Both the position numbers and the translations under genes were made by a program. Of a DNA stretch of 32,646 nucleotides, positions 16,544 to 26,000 are shown in pieces (the first letter of the stretch is position 1; each line of letters begins with the position of its first letter). Source of the stretch: Alistipes sp. (GTDB lineage Bacteria > Bacteroidota > Bacteroidia > Bacteroidales > Rikenellaceae); the NCBI GenBank assembly GCA_022511355.1, contig JAFLRS010000001.1:1-32646 (forward strand), written 5' to 3'. The notes below the pieces were generated by a model. That model did no database searches. It saw nothing but the letters and a program-made list of their open reading frames with translations, and was not told the DNA's origin.

Positions 16544-18621
16544 AACTGTTGGTCTATGGCATCGGTCTCCTCCACGGTGAGCGTGGGAGCGGTGCCCCAT
16601 TTAAGCGTGAATTTAAGTTTGCGTGCGCCGTCGTTGCCCGTATTGCGGACCGTCTGGAACCACTGACCGGCATCATAACCCGATTTGCCTTCGTTGGCAA
16701 TCATCGGAATGCGTCCGGCGGCTATATCCTGTTCGGGCTCCTTCGAGGTCACATAGTAGTCGCAGTAGGGACTGTCGGCCGAAGAGAGCAGGTCGAGGAA
16801 CCACGGATGAGCGACGCTCGTGTGATTGATAACCCAGTCCATATAGATTTTTATGCCGTGACGGTGTGCCTCGTCGATAAGTTTCCGGAAATCGGCCTCC
16901 GTGCCGTACACCTCATTGAGTGCTTCGTAGTCGAGTACATCGTAGCCGTGATACGACGATGCGGGATGCGCGGGCGAGAGCCACAGAGCCGAAACTCCCA
17001 GTTTGTCGAGGTAGTCGAGCTTGGCGGTTATGCCGTTGAAGTCGCCCGTACCGTCGCCGTCGCTGTCGGCAAAGGAGTAGATAAGCAGCTGATACGACAC
17101 ATCGGCACGCTTCTCGCCGTCCCACTCTCCGACCGCGGTGCCGCCGTCGAGCAGAGCCACCCACGACGAATATCCTTTCATCGAGAGTTCCGTCTTGCCG
17201 CCCTCGGCCGTCGTAACGGTGACATCGCCGAGCGTAGCCGCCGTAGCCGTAACATTGTCGTTCACAGTGAGCTTCGACTCTTTGGTCGTGAAGTTGTGAA
17301 CCACCATCATCTTCTGACCTTCGGCCTCCATGTACCATGCGGCCACGGGCAGATATTCGGATTTGCCCGAGAAGTCGGGATGTGGAGTCATCTTTCCGTG
17401 CGCAAGTGCGGGACAGGTGTTGCGCAGCTGCGAGAATTTGCGGTAGACGTTGAGAATCGACGACTCGTCGCCGTCCTGCACCGAAGCATCCTTAACCGCA
17501 TTCATGCCCGATTCGGCCTGTTTGATGAAGGTGGTGGTCGTGTTGTCGCCCCACTTCATCGGATTGCGTACATACTCGTCGCCCTTGCCGTTTTTGATGC
17601 CCACGTAGCCCAACTCTTCGCCGTAGTAGATGTAGGGCGAACCCGAAGCCGTAAGCAGCACGGCACCCGCCAGTTTGGCCTTATCCTCGGAACCGCCGAG
17701 GAGCGATTTCACACGGTCTTCGTCATGATTGGTCAGTTTGGTCGAGATTATGTAGTCGGGCCGTATGGCGGCATAGCCGTCGCGATAGGTTTTGAGGTCG
17801 TTTGCGAAGTAGCAGCCCGCAGACTGTTTGAACGCCCATTCGAGACGATACCAGAATGCGAATTCGAAGATGCTCGGCAGACCCTTGAGGTATGGAGCTG
17901 CGGCCGCATAATCGTCGTAGACCTCGCCCACGAGGTAGAAATTGCCCTCGCGGCCCTTGCTTTTGTGATAGCCGTTGAGTTCGTCGTAGAATTTGCCCCA
18001 GAATGTGGGATTCTCGTCCGATGAGGCATCGTGGTATATGTGCTTGGCGCCATCGAGACGCAGACCGTCCACACCCATGTCAATCCACTTTTTGGCCGCA
18101 TTGCAGATGGCCGCAAAAGCGGGCGAATTTTCGCATGAAGCGGCTGCTCCGTAGTCGATATCGGCGAATGCCGGAGTCCAGAAGTGCGAATGATACATCA
18201 GCGGCTCCATCCACGGAAGCAGAATGTTGCTCGGGTCGTAGCTTGCCGAACTGGCTCTCAGAGCGAGAGGTTTGCCGTATTCGAGATTGTTTTTGCCGGC
18301 AACCGCACCGTATTTCGTACCGGCGCTCCATGCGGTGTCGCTGGTGCGCACCAGACATCCCCACGAAGAGTCCATCTCCAACGAAAGGGTGTAGGTGTTG
18401 TCGCCCTGAAAGATGAACGGAGCGATTTGGGCATCGCCGTAATAGAGGAATCGGTCGGAGGCCGGTTTGCCGATATTCTCATCGGGTTCTTTGCCGCCGT
18501 CGCCGTCCGAAGGGTCTTTGGTGACGGGCGGAGCCAGCGGTTCGTCCTCGTAGTCGGAGCAGGCGGTGAATGCAGTGGTCATCATGACCGCAGCCGCCAA
18601 CATGAGAATTGCTTTTTTCAT
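16540..18621 (-). CDS. susG: SusG-like surface alpha-amylase (GH13 + CBM58), circularly permuted
   Basis: 693 aa, lipobox FTAC21. Order: CBM58 C-part (LYYG..SWG.LVRT..W..GTKYG), GVDGLRLD190, VGE233, TNHD300, domain C, and then WDGEKRADVSYQLLIYSFADSDGDG, YHGYD, DWVINH600 and KFTLKW at the C-terminus. Confidence 0.93.
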   Translation of the reverse strand: MKKAILMLAAAVMMTTAFTACSDYEDEPLAPPVTKDPSDGDGGKEPDENIGKPASDRFLYYGDAQIAPFIFQGDNTYTLSLEMDSSWGCLVRTSDTAWSAGTKYGAVAGKNNLEYGKPLALRASSASYDPSNILLPWMEPLMYHSHFWTPAFADIDYGAAASCENSPAFAAICNAAKKWIDMGVDGLRLDGAKHIYHDASSDENPTFWGKFYDELNGYHKSKGREGNFYLVGEVYDDYAAAAPYLKGLPSIFEFAFWYRLEWAFKQSAGCYFANDLKTYRDGYAAIRPDYIISTKLTNHDEDRVKSLLGGSEDKAKLAGAVLLTASGSPYIYYGEELGYVGIKNGKGDEYVRNPMKWGDNTTTTFIKQAESGMNAVKDASVQDGDESSILNVYRKFSQLRNTCPALAHGKMTPHPDFSGKSEYLPVAAWYMEAEGQKMMVVHNFTTKESKLTVNDNVTATAATLGDVTVTTAEGGKTELSMKGYSSWVALLDGGTAVGEWDGEKRADVSYQLLIYSFADSDGDGTGDFNGITAKLDYLDKLGVSALWLSPAHPASSYHGYDVLDYEALNEVYGTEADFRKLIDEAHRHGIKIYMDWVINHTSVAHPWFLDLLSSADSPYCDYYVTSKEPEQDIAAGRIPMIANEGKSGYDAGQWFQTVRNTGNDGARKLKFTLKWGTAPTLTVEETDAIDQQL

Positions 18622-18656
18622 ATCCTGAAACAGATTTTTTAATCGGTTCGATAGCA

Positions 18657-18684
18657 GTCGGCGTGCCGATCAAAGCACGCCGAC
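18657..18684 (-). other. Intergenic 10-bp stem-loop without U-tract (between susF-like and susG)
   Basis: GTCGGCGTGC / GCACGCCGAC with an 8-nt loop. No poly-U follows on the coding (minus) strand. Confidence 0.65.
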
Positions 18685-18706
18685 CAAAGGTGTCCGGAGT
18701 TCGGTT

Positions 18707-20080
18707 TTAGAACTCCTCGACAGTCGTCTGTCGGGCGGTGAGGTCGATTGTCACAACGACACTCTTGCCAATCATCTCCTCGACGGGATAGAAGTTCCTG
18801 TCGCCGACTTCGATAGGGGTGTCGAACTCGGTCTGCACTCCTTCGGGTGCGCCGTAGCTCTCAGCCCAATCGCCGTCCTTGCGAATCTTGAATTCGGTTC
18901 CCGCAATGAACGGAACGCTCTTCCATTTGCCGGACTCGACCTCGTACATCGCGACGTCGAAATTCCAGTTGGTGCCGTTGATGGTACCGATGACGCTGTA
19001 TGTGGTGAAGAAACGGTCTACCGTAAGGCTCTCGTCCGAGGCATTGAGCGTAAGCACCACGGGGATGCCTGCGAAGCCGTCGGCCGACATATCGCTGCTG
19101 CCGCCGCTGTTCTCGAGCGTGAATGGCTGTCCGTACTCTTCGAATATACCGCTGCCCCAGTTGAAGGAGTCGTCGTTCCACGCGTTGTCCTTGCGGATTT
19201 TGAACGTGTTGCCTTCCGAGAAGAGAATCGGATAGCTCTTATAGACATCGGAAGAGGTTGAGGTGAGTTTGTAGCTGTCGTTGTCCCAGCCGTTGGGCAG
19301 ACCGTTGCCGATTATACCCGCACCTGCAACGCCGTCATAGAGGGTTATGGTGGCATTCTTGCTGTCGTAAACCACATAGTAGAGACCCTCGGCAGCCTTG
19401 CAGTTGCCGCCGCCCGAAGCAAGAGCCGCAACGGGCGAACCCACGGTCAGCGAAGCCTCCGCAACGCCTGCCTCATGGTCCCACGAATTGTTGTAGTGGA
19501 GTTTGAATTCGCCGCCGTCGCCGAGCGAGAAAACAGGGCTTATCCACTTGCCGTCTTCGCCTGCGGTCATGTAGAGTTCCGAATCCCAGTTGCTGTCGTT
19601 GATTGTTCCGATAACCGACCACAGACCTGCGGGAATTACAGGCTGAGCCCCTGCCGTCAGCACGATTTCCACGGCTGCAGGCTCCGAAACCAGAACCTCG
19701 TTTGCGGTCGCCGCCGTGACGGTCAGCATAATGGAGCCGTCTTCGTTTTCGGGCATACCCGCGGTGTTGATGAGCCAATCGCGGAAGTCGGCCTTTCTTA
19801 TCGAATAGAAGAGTCCGGCGATGTCGTCGGCCAGCGTATTGGTATTTTCGCCGTAAGCGACATCGAGAGAGTAGAGTATCTCGCCCGTAACGTTGCGTGC
19901 CGCGCTCCAGTTGAACGACACAATCTCATCGGCTGTGGCCTCCGAGAGTACGACTGCATTGTGGGCGGTGATTACGGGAGCCACGGGATCGGTCGAGAAG
20001 AGATCCGTCGGTTCGGGCTGACAAGCGGTGGTCATAACCGCTGCAGCTGCCATCATCGTTAAATATTTGAAAATTTTCAT
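18707..20080 (-). CDS. SusF/SusE-type surface starch-binding lipoprotein (N-terminal Ig domain plus three CBM-like repeats)
   Basis: 457 aa. Lipobox TTAC, FNWSAA, and three repeats WSVIGTINDSNWD / GIIGNGLPNGWD / YSVIGTINGTNWN, each followed by (E/T)FK....W. Confidence 0.8.
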   Translation of the reverse strand: MKIFKYLTMMAAAAVMTTACQPEPTDLFSTDPVAPVITAHNAVVLSEATADEIVSFNWSAARNVTGEILYSLDVAYGENTNTLADDIAGLFYSIRKADFRDWLINTAGMPENEDGSIMLTVTAATANEVLVSEPAAVEIVLTAGAQPVIPAGLWSVIGTINDSNWDSELYMTAGEDGKWISPVFSLGDGGEFKLHYNNSWDHEAGVAEASLTVGSPVAALASGGGNCKAAEGLYYVVYDSKNATITLYDGVAGAGIIGNGLPNGWDNDSYKLTSTSSDVYKSYPILFSEGNTFKIRKDNAWNDDSFNWGSGIFEEYGQPFTLENSGGSSDMSADGFAGIPVVLTLNASDESLTVDRFFTTYSVIGTINGTNWNFDVAMYEVESGKWKSVPFIAGTEFKIRKDGDWAESYGAPEGVQTEFDTPIEVGDRNFYPVEEMIGKSVVVTIDLTARQTTVEEF

Positions 20081-20099
20081 CGTTATTCTCTTTTGTTTA

Positions 20100-20139
20100 T
20101 TGCGGGGCGGAGTTCGCTTTGCGGCTCGTCCGCCCGCAA
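20100..20139 (-). other. Intergenic stem-loop without U-tract (between susE-like and susF-like)
   Basis: TTGCGGG(G)CGGA ... TCCGCCCGCAA imperfect inverted repeat. Confidence 0.6.
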
Positions 20140-20166
20140 CTCATTAAAATCTCAATTTCCTCTCCG

Positions 20167-21246
20167 TTATTCGGCGGCTACGTATTCGACCAAACACGGA
20201 GTACGGTCGGCATAGAGCTTCACATACCACTTGCCGGCAGGCATATCGATATCAGCGCCGCCATCGACAAGCTGATAAGCTTCGCTTACGCCTTCGGGAA
20301 GATTCTCTCCCAGTTCGGTGCCGCCGCCCAACTTGGCAGTCCAGTCGTCATTGAGACGGAACAGATACTTTACGTCCGAACCTGCAGTATCCACCGGATC
20401 CTGACTCGTCCATACGTTCGACTCACTGTCGTATACCATGGTTATGGCAACAGCCCAGCCGTCCCAGCCGCCGATAATCACGAGGTTGGGAACCGACACG
20501 ACCTCCACCGACTTGGCACTCATGTTCACCGTAATGCGGTAGGCACCCGGAGTAACCTGGAAGTTGTGGTTGTCGCCATCGACATCCTCAACGCCCGACG
20601 ATACCGAATCGAATTTGTCGTATCCGGTCCAGTCGGGGGTCAGGAACTTGAACTGACCGTTGGAGCCGGTCAGGTCGTAGATACCCGAATAGACATTGGT
20701 TCCGCCGTCGGTCTCCCACATTGCGACGGGAGACATACCATCGTTACCCCAGTTGCAGAAGTCGCCGACAAGCTGAATCGTGCGCAGACTTGCCTTGTAG
20801 GTCGCAACGTTGAAGTATACGGTGTTGGAGGGAGCCGAATGGATGTCGGAATCGCCCACATAGGCGGTAACATAGGCACCCACTTCAGCCGATTCGTTGG
20901 CTGCCACCTCGAGCCCGTTCACCACGGCGCCGTTGATGTCGTTCTTGGTAACCGAAATCGAAGGCGTATAGGACATGGCCAAATCTGTTGTTTTGCCGCC
21001 CAGAGCGAGAGTAACCACATAGCGAATCTGAACGGGTTGTCCGAATCGGGCAGGCGTGCAGTTGAACACTACGGTTTCGTTCTTGTGGTCGCCATCCACG
21101 AGGATGTCGCCGACCTCCGCGAGTACGGGAGCCGTGAATTCTTCCTCGGAGACAAGCTGCCGCTGCTCGATGTCGGCAGTGCAGCCGACGAACGCAAATG
21201 CCGCGGCGCACATCGTCATCAAAAACTTTATATATTTCATAATCAT
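20167..21246 (-). CDS. SusE-type surface starch-binding lipoprotein (Ig domain plus two CBM-like domains)
   Basis: 359 aa (alternative start 21240). Lipobox FVGC, F.CTPARFG...Y, LVGDFCNW..QFKF, IIGGWDGW..FRLNDDW. Directly downstream of susD. Confidence 0.8.
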   Translation of the reverse strand: MIMKYIKFLMTMCAAAFAFVGCTADIEQRQLVSEEEFTAPVLAEVGDILVDGDHKNETVVFNCTPARFGQPVQIRYVVTLALGGKTTDLAMSYTPSISVTKNDINGAVVNGLEVAANESAEVGAYVTAYVGDSDIHSAPSNTVYFNVATYKASLRTIQLVGDFCNWGNDGMSPVAMWETDGGTNVYSGIYDLTGSNGQFKFLTPDWTGYDKFDSVSSGVEDVDGDNHNFQVTPGAYRITVNMSAKSVEVVSVPNLVIIGGWDGWAVAITMVYDSESNVWTSQDPVDTAGSDVKYLFRLNDDWTAKLGGGTELGENLPEGVSEAYQLVDGGADIDMPAGKWYVKLYADRTPCLVEYVAAE

Positions 21247-21272
21247 CTACTTTTTAAGCATTTAACTCTCCA

Positions 21273-23069
21273 TTAATAGCCCGGATTCTGTACCAGAGCC
21301 GGATTCGCAGCCAAATCGGAACCGATAATCGGATAGACTATGCGGTGAGGTTCGATCGACGACTGGGTGCCGGCTGCGACACCTCCCTTGTAGGGCCATG
21401 CCTTGGTGTTGATAAACATATCGTAGCGGATAAGGTCGGTACGACGGTGACCCTCCCACATAAGTTCGCGAACACGCTCTTTGAGAATCCATTCGGCATC
21501 GATGGTCTTCTCAATGGCCGAAGGCATATCGTAGTGTACGCGGTCGCGCAGCTCCTTCAGATACTGATAACCCTCATCGCCGTCGGTGAGAGGCGCATTC
21601 TTGGAACGGGTCTGTGCCTCGGCGTAGATAAGGTACATCTCGGCCAGACGATAGAGCGGGAAGTCGCACGACGAAAGCTTCGCGGTGTGGTTTATCGGGT
21701 CGTAATAGTCGGCAACCGTACCGTCGCTGTTGACGGGGAGCCACTTCACGCAGGTGTAGCCCGAAGAGTTGTCGGTAGACTCGTTGGAGAATGCCGCATC
21801 GAACTTGTAGAAGCGTGCGCGGGGGTCGCCTTTATAGTTGAAGGCTCCCGACTCGACATTCTCCAGTTCGAAGTTCTCCTCGACGAAAGACTCCGATATG
21901 TGATAACCGTTCCACGTCTCTACATAGGCGTTGTCCACGCTGTACTCCTTGATCTTTTCGTTGTCGCTGTTGTCGGAGAGGAACTTCGAATATGCACTCT
22001 TCAACTCGGGATAGGATTCGTAAAGCTTGGCGGTAATGTCCATGGCCATTTCAGCATTGTGGAGGGGTCCGCTCACCAAATGGGTCGTTCCGCCCCAGCT
22101 CTGGGTGCGAGTGTTGTCATACGAAATGGGGATGATGAACTCTTTCAGTGCGGCGCCGCTCTCGGTGTTGTCCTGCATGAAGAGCTGCAGATAACCCTCG
22201 GCTCCCGTGCCCTGATTGAGCGAGAAACCGCCCTCTTCGATGACCTTCTTGGAGTAGGTCATGGCGTCGTCCCAGCGAGCCGTGCCCGAATATACCTCGG
22301 CATTGAGATACATACGGGCCAGAACAGCCCATGCGGCACCCTTCGAAAGACGGGGGTACTCGGTGCGGACGGCGGGAAGATTGTCGTCGGCAGCAATGGA
22401 TTTGAGTTCGGTTTCGAGATATTCGAACAGCATACGGCGTCCCTCGGCGAAATTCTTCGAGAACTGCTTGGGGAAATCCGACGAACCGATGTGCTTCGGC
22501 TCCACGATGGGAGGATTGCCTATCATGTCGAGCAGAATGCTGTAATAGATTGCGCGAATCAGACGCAGTTCGGCACGATAGCGGTGAATGTTGCCGAGCT
22601 GGTCGGCGTGACCGCGTTCGCGAACAGCTTCGTCGCCCGAAACCTCCGACGCGAGGAAGTGGTTGCAGAGTGCGATACCCTTCATGCCGCGCAGATATAC
22701 GGCCGTAACCGCGAGACAGGAACTGCCCCACTTGTTGTAACCTATTTCGGGGATATAGGAGTCGCCCCATCCGCACTTGAAGGAGTCGGTCGGCAACTCG
22801 TTGAGAACCATATACTGACGGATGAACTCCGACTGTCCGGCATCGGTGAATCCTGCGAGGTCGGTTTCTCCGGGGTTGCTCTGCGACACCATCGCGAAGT
22901 ATCCGTAGGCGTAGCTGACATACTGTGCATAGGAAGCAGGGTCGGCGAAAGCCTTGTCAGCCGTATTGACCGACGGGTCGATGGGCATCGTGTCGAGATC
23001 CTGCACGCACGAAACACACGCCAACGCCGCAAACAGAGTCGTTATGCTTGATATTATTGTCTTTTTCAT
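21273..23069 (-). CDS. susD: SusD family lipoprotein, starch-binding SusD subtype
   Basis: 598 aa. CVQDLDTMPIDP, NELPTD, LARMYLNAEVY, LFMQDN, WGGTTHL, DFPLYRLAEMYLIYAEA, ERVRELMWEGHRRTDLIRY, QNPGY. Confidence 0.96.
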   Translation of the reverse strand: MKKTIISSITTLFAALACVSCVQDLDTMPIDPSVNTADKAFADPASYAQYVSYAYGYFAMVSQSNPGETDLAGFTDAGQSEFIRQYMVLNELPTDSFKCGWGDSYIPEIGYNKWGSSCLAVTAVYLRGMKGIALCNHFLASEVSGDEAVRERGHADQLGNIHRYRAELRLIRAIYYSILLDMIGNPPIVEPKHIGSSDFPKQFSKNFAEGRRMLFEYLETELKSIAADDNLPAVRTEYPRLSKGAAWAVLARMYLNAEVYSGTARWDDAMTYSKKVIEEGGFSLNQGTGAEGYLQLFMQDNTESGAALKEFIIPISYDNTRTQSWGGTTHLVSGPLHNAEMAMDITAKLYESYPELKSAYSKFLSDNSDNEKIKEYSVDNAYVETWNGYHISESFVEENFELENVESGAFNYKGDPRARFYKFDAAFSNESTDNSSGYTCVKWLPVNSDGTVADYYDPINHTAKLSSCDFPLYRLAEMYLIYAEAQTRSKNAPLTDGDEGYQYLKELRDRVHYDMPSAIEKTIDAEWILKERVRELMWEGHRRTDLIRYDMFINTKAWPYKGGVAAGTQSSIEPHRIVYPIIGSDLAANPALVQNPGY

Positions 23070-23082
23070 ACTCTTTCCTTGA

Positions 23083-26000
23083 TTAGAAGTTAATGTTCAC
23101 ACGCAGAGTGTACAGACGCGGACGGGGAACGATGGTTCCTACTACGCCGTCCCAGCTGTTCACCTCGGGGTCGAGACCCGAGAACTTGGTGATGATGAAT
23201 ACGTTCTGAACCGACGCCGCCAAACGCATATTTACGCCCGACTTGTTGAGGTTGTGGAACGTGTAACCGAGGTTGATGTCATCCAGACGGAAGAACGATG
23301 CATTCTCGATGAACATATCCGAATAGTTCTGTTCCGTCGAATTCTGCTTCGTGAATCCGGTGCGGAAGTGGTATTCGTTGAAGTTGGTCAGGTGGTCATA
23401 GGCTATCGAACCCATATAGGTGGTCGAGCTGCCCAAAGCCAGACTGTTGATTGCATAGTTTCCGAGGGTTCCGTGACCGTTGAAACCGAAATCCCAATTC
23501 TTCCACGTCAGCTGGGTGCCGATGCCGAAGAAGAAGTCGGGAGTCGCGCTCTTGCCGGTGATGTATTTGTCATCGTCGGTGATGCGGCCGTCGCCGTTGC
23601 GGTCGATGAAGGTGTTCTGAATGGGCTTGCCCTTCGAATCGTAAGCCTGCTGGAACATATTGAAGGTGTAGGGTTCGTAGCCCTCCATGTGAACACCCGA
23701 GAATGCACTTCCCGTACCCGCCAGCTGCGAACCTATATTCACGCGGCTGCCGTTAAGGTCGGCGATGCGGGTCTGCTGCCACGTTCCGTTGAGGCTGATG
23801 GTCCAGTTCCAGTCCTTGGTCTCGACGGGAACGAAGTTCAACGCCACCTCGACTCCCTGATTGTGCATCGTACCGATGTTCGACATGATGCGGTCCGTGA
23901 AGTTCGAACCGGTCGGAACATCCACATAGCTCAACAGGTCGAAGGTTCTGCGGAAGTAGTAATCGACCGAACCGTTGATGCGGCCGTTGAGGAATCCGAA
24001 GTCGAAACCGGCATTGTAGGTCTCGGTGGTCTCCCATTTGATATTGGTGTTGTAGGGCTGGGGAGCCAGCGTGGCATCGCCGCCCAGATACTGACCGCGC
24101 GGGTCGGTTGCCTGATAGTAGGTCGCAATGTGGGGATAGAATTCGTCGCCGATATCCTGCTGACCCGTGCGGCCCCAACCCAAACGCAGTTTGAGTGCCG
24201 AAAGGAAATCCACGTTATTGAGGAAATCCTCCTGAGCCATGTTCCATGCGAATGCCGCCGAAGGGAAGAAGCCCCAACGGTTGTTCTTCGAGAAACGCGA
24301 AGTGGCATCCTCACGAATCGTCACCGTGAAGAGGTACTTCGAAGCCAGCGAGTAGTTCACGCGGCCGAAGAACGAAACCAGATAGTACTCTTTGGGGTGC
24401 GCCCAGCGCGACTGCGGAGTTTCGCTCGCCGAAGCCCACTGCGAACGGTCGTCGTTCTTCCAGTAGAGCGAACGGTACTTCACGTAGTTGTGCTGCCACG
24501 AATATCCGGCCATCACATCCAGATGATGGTCGCCGAACTCCTTGTTGTAGTCGAGATAGAACTCGAGCAGCGTATTGGCGTTGTAGTTGCGGTGCTTGCC
24601 GTAGGTGTCGTTGTTGCTGCGGAAGCTTCCGATGGAACCCAACTGATTGTACGAAACGTTTTTGGATTCGGTAATGTCGTAACCGAGGTTCAGATTGGCA
24701 CGCAGGTCCTCCAGTCCGTGAACCTTGTAGTCGAGCTGGATGTTGCCCAACGAACGCAGAGTAACGTTCTTGTTGTGCCAGTCGTAGATACGCGACAGCG
24801 GGTTATAGGCACCTGCATTCGGATGCGTCGGGTTGATGTAACCGTTGAACCATGCGTATGCGGGGTTGGCCGAAGCGGTAGGATCGCCGTTCTCGTCATA
24901 AACCATGTTTGCGGGTTTGGTCGGGTCGAACGAGAAAGCGTCGCCCGTCGCATTGTTGGTCCAGTTGGCCTGATTCCATACGCCTTTCACGTTGATGTTG
25001 GCTACCAGATGGTCTTTCAGGAACTTGGGCGACAGATTGAAGCCCACATTCACGCGGGTGTTCTCACCGCCGCGAACCGTACCCTGATCGTAGTTGGCTC
25101 CCACGCTCACGCGATAGGGAAGCTTGTCTTTCAGAGCGCTGCCGTAGACCGAAATATTCTGGTCGGTGGAGAATGCCGTGCGGTAGATGAGTTTCTGCCA
25201 GTCGGTGTTGTAGTTCACGCCGTTGTAACCCATCAGACTCTCGGCCTTTTCGCGGTCGGCGGGATGTGCGTCCAACCAGCCCTGACCCTCATACTTGCCC
25301 TGACCGTACATATAATCGACATATTCGGAACCGGTGAGGACCTTCACATGGCTGGCATTGGTCTTGACGCTGTAGCTCGAATCGTAACTTACCGAGACCT
25401 TTTTGCCCTTGCCCTTTTTGGTGGTGATGAGGATGACGCCGCTCGATGCTCGCGAACCGTAAATGGCGGTTGCCGAAGCATCCTTGAGGACGGTGTAGGT
25501 TTCGATGTCGTTGGGATTGACCGAAGCCAGCGGATTCATACCCGAACCTCCGTCACCCGTTACGGGCACGCCGTCGATGACCACGAGGGGGTCGTTGCTT
25601 GCATTGAGCGAGGCTGCACCGCGAATACGAATCTGTGCGCCTGCGCCCGGTTCACCCGTTGCCGGAGTAACCAGCAGACCCGGAACCTTGCCCATCAGCA
25701 GCTGATCGGGCGAATTCACGGCACCGCGGTTCACATCCTCGGCCTTGATGGCCACTACGGAACCAGTCATGTCGTTCTTCTTGACCGAGCCGTAACCGAT
25801 AACCACCACCTCGTCGAGCGACATGAGATCCTCTTCGAGAGTGAGTCGTTTCAGCAGCTCCGATGCGGCAACCAGCTCTACGGTCTTGTATCCCATATAG
25901 CTGACTTCCACCACAGCATTTTCATTCGACACCTTCAACGTATAGTCGCCGTTGAAATCGGTCGAAACTCCGTTCGCCGTGCCCTTCTCTACCACCGTCG

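Noticed and set aside
16540-18621. Reading the permuted susG as two fused pseudogene fragments, or as a GH70 enzyme
   Set aside because: The two parts are complementary and non-redundant, with catalytic residues intact and no stops. The motifs are SusG-like GH13, not glucansucrase-like. Misassembly still needs a read check.
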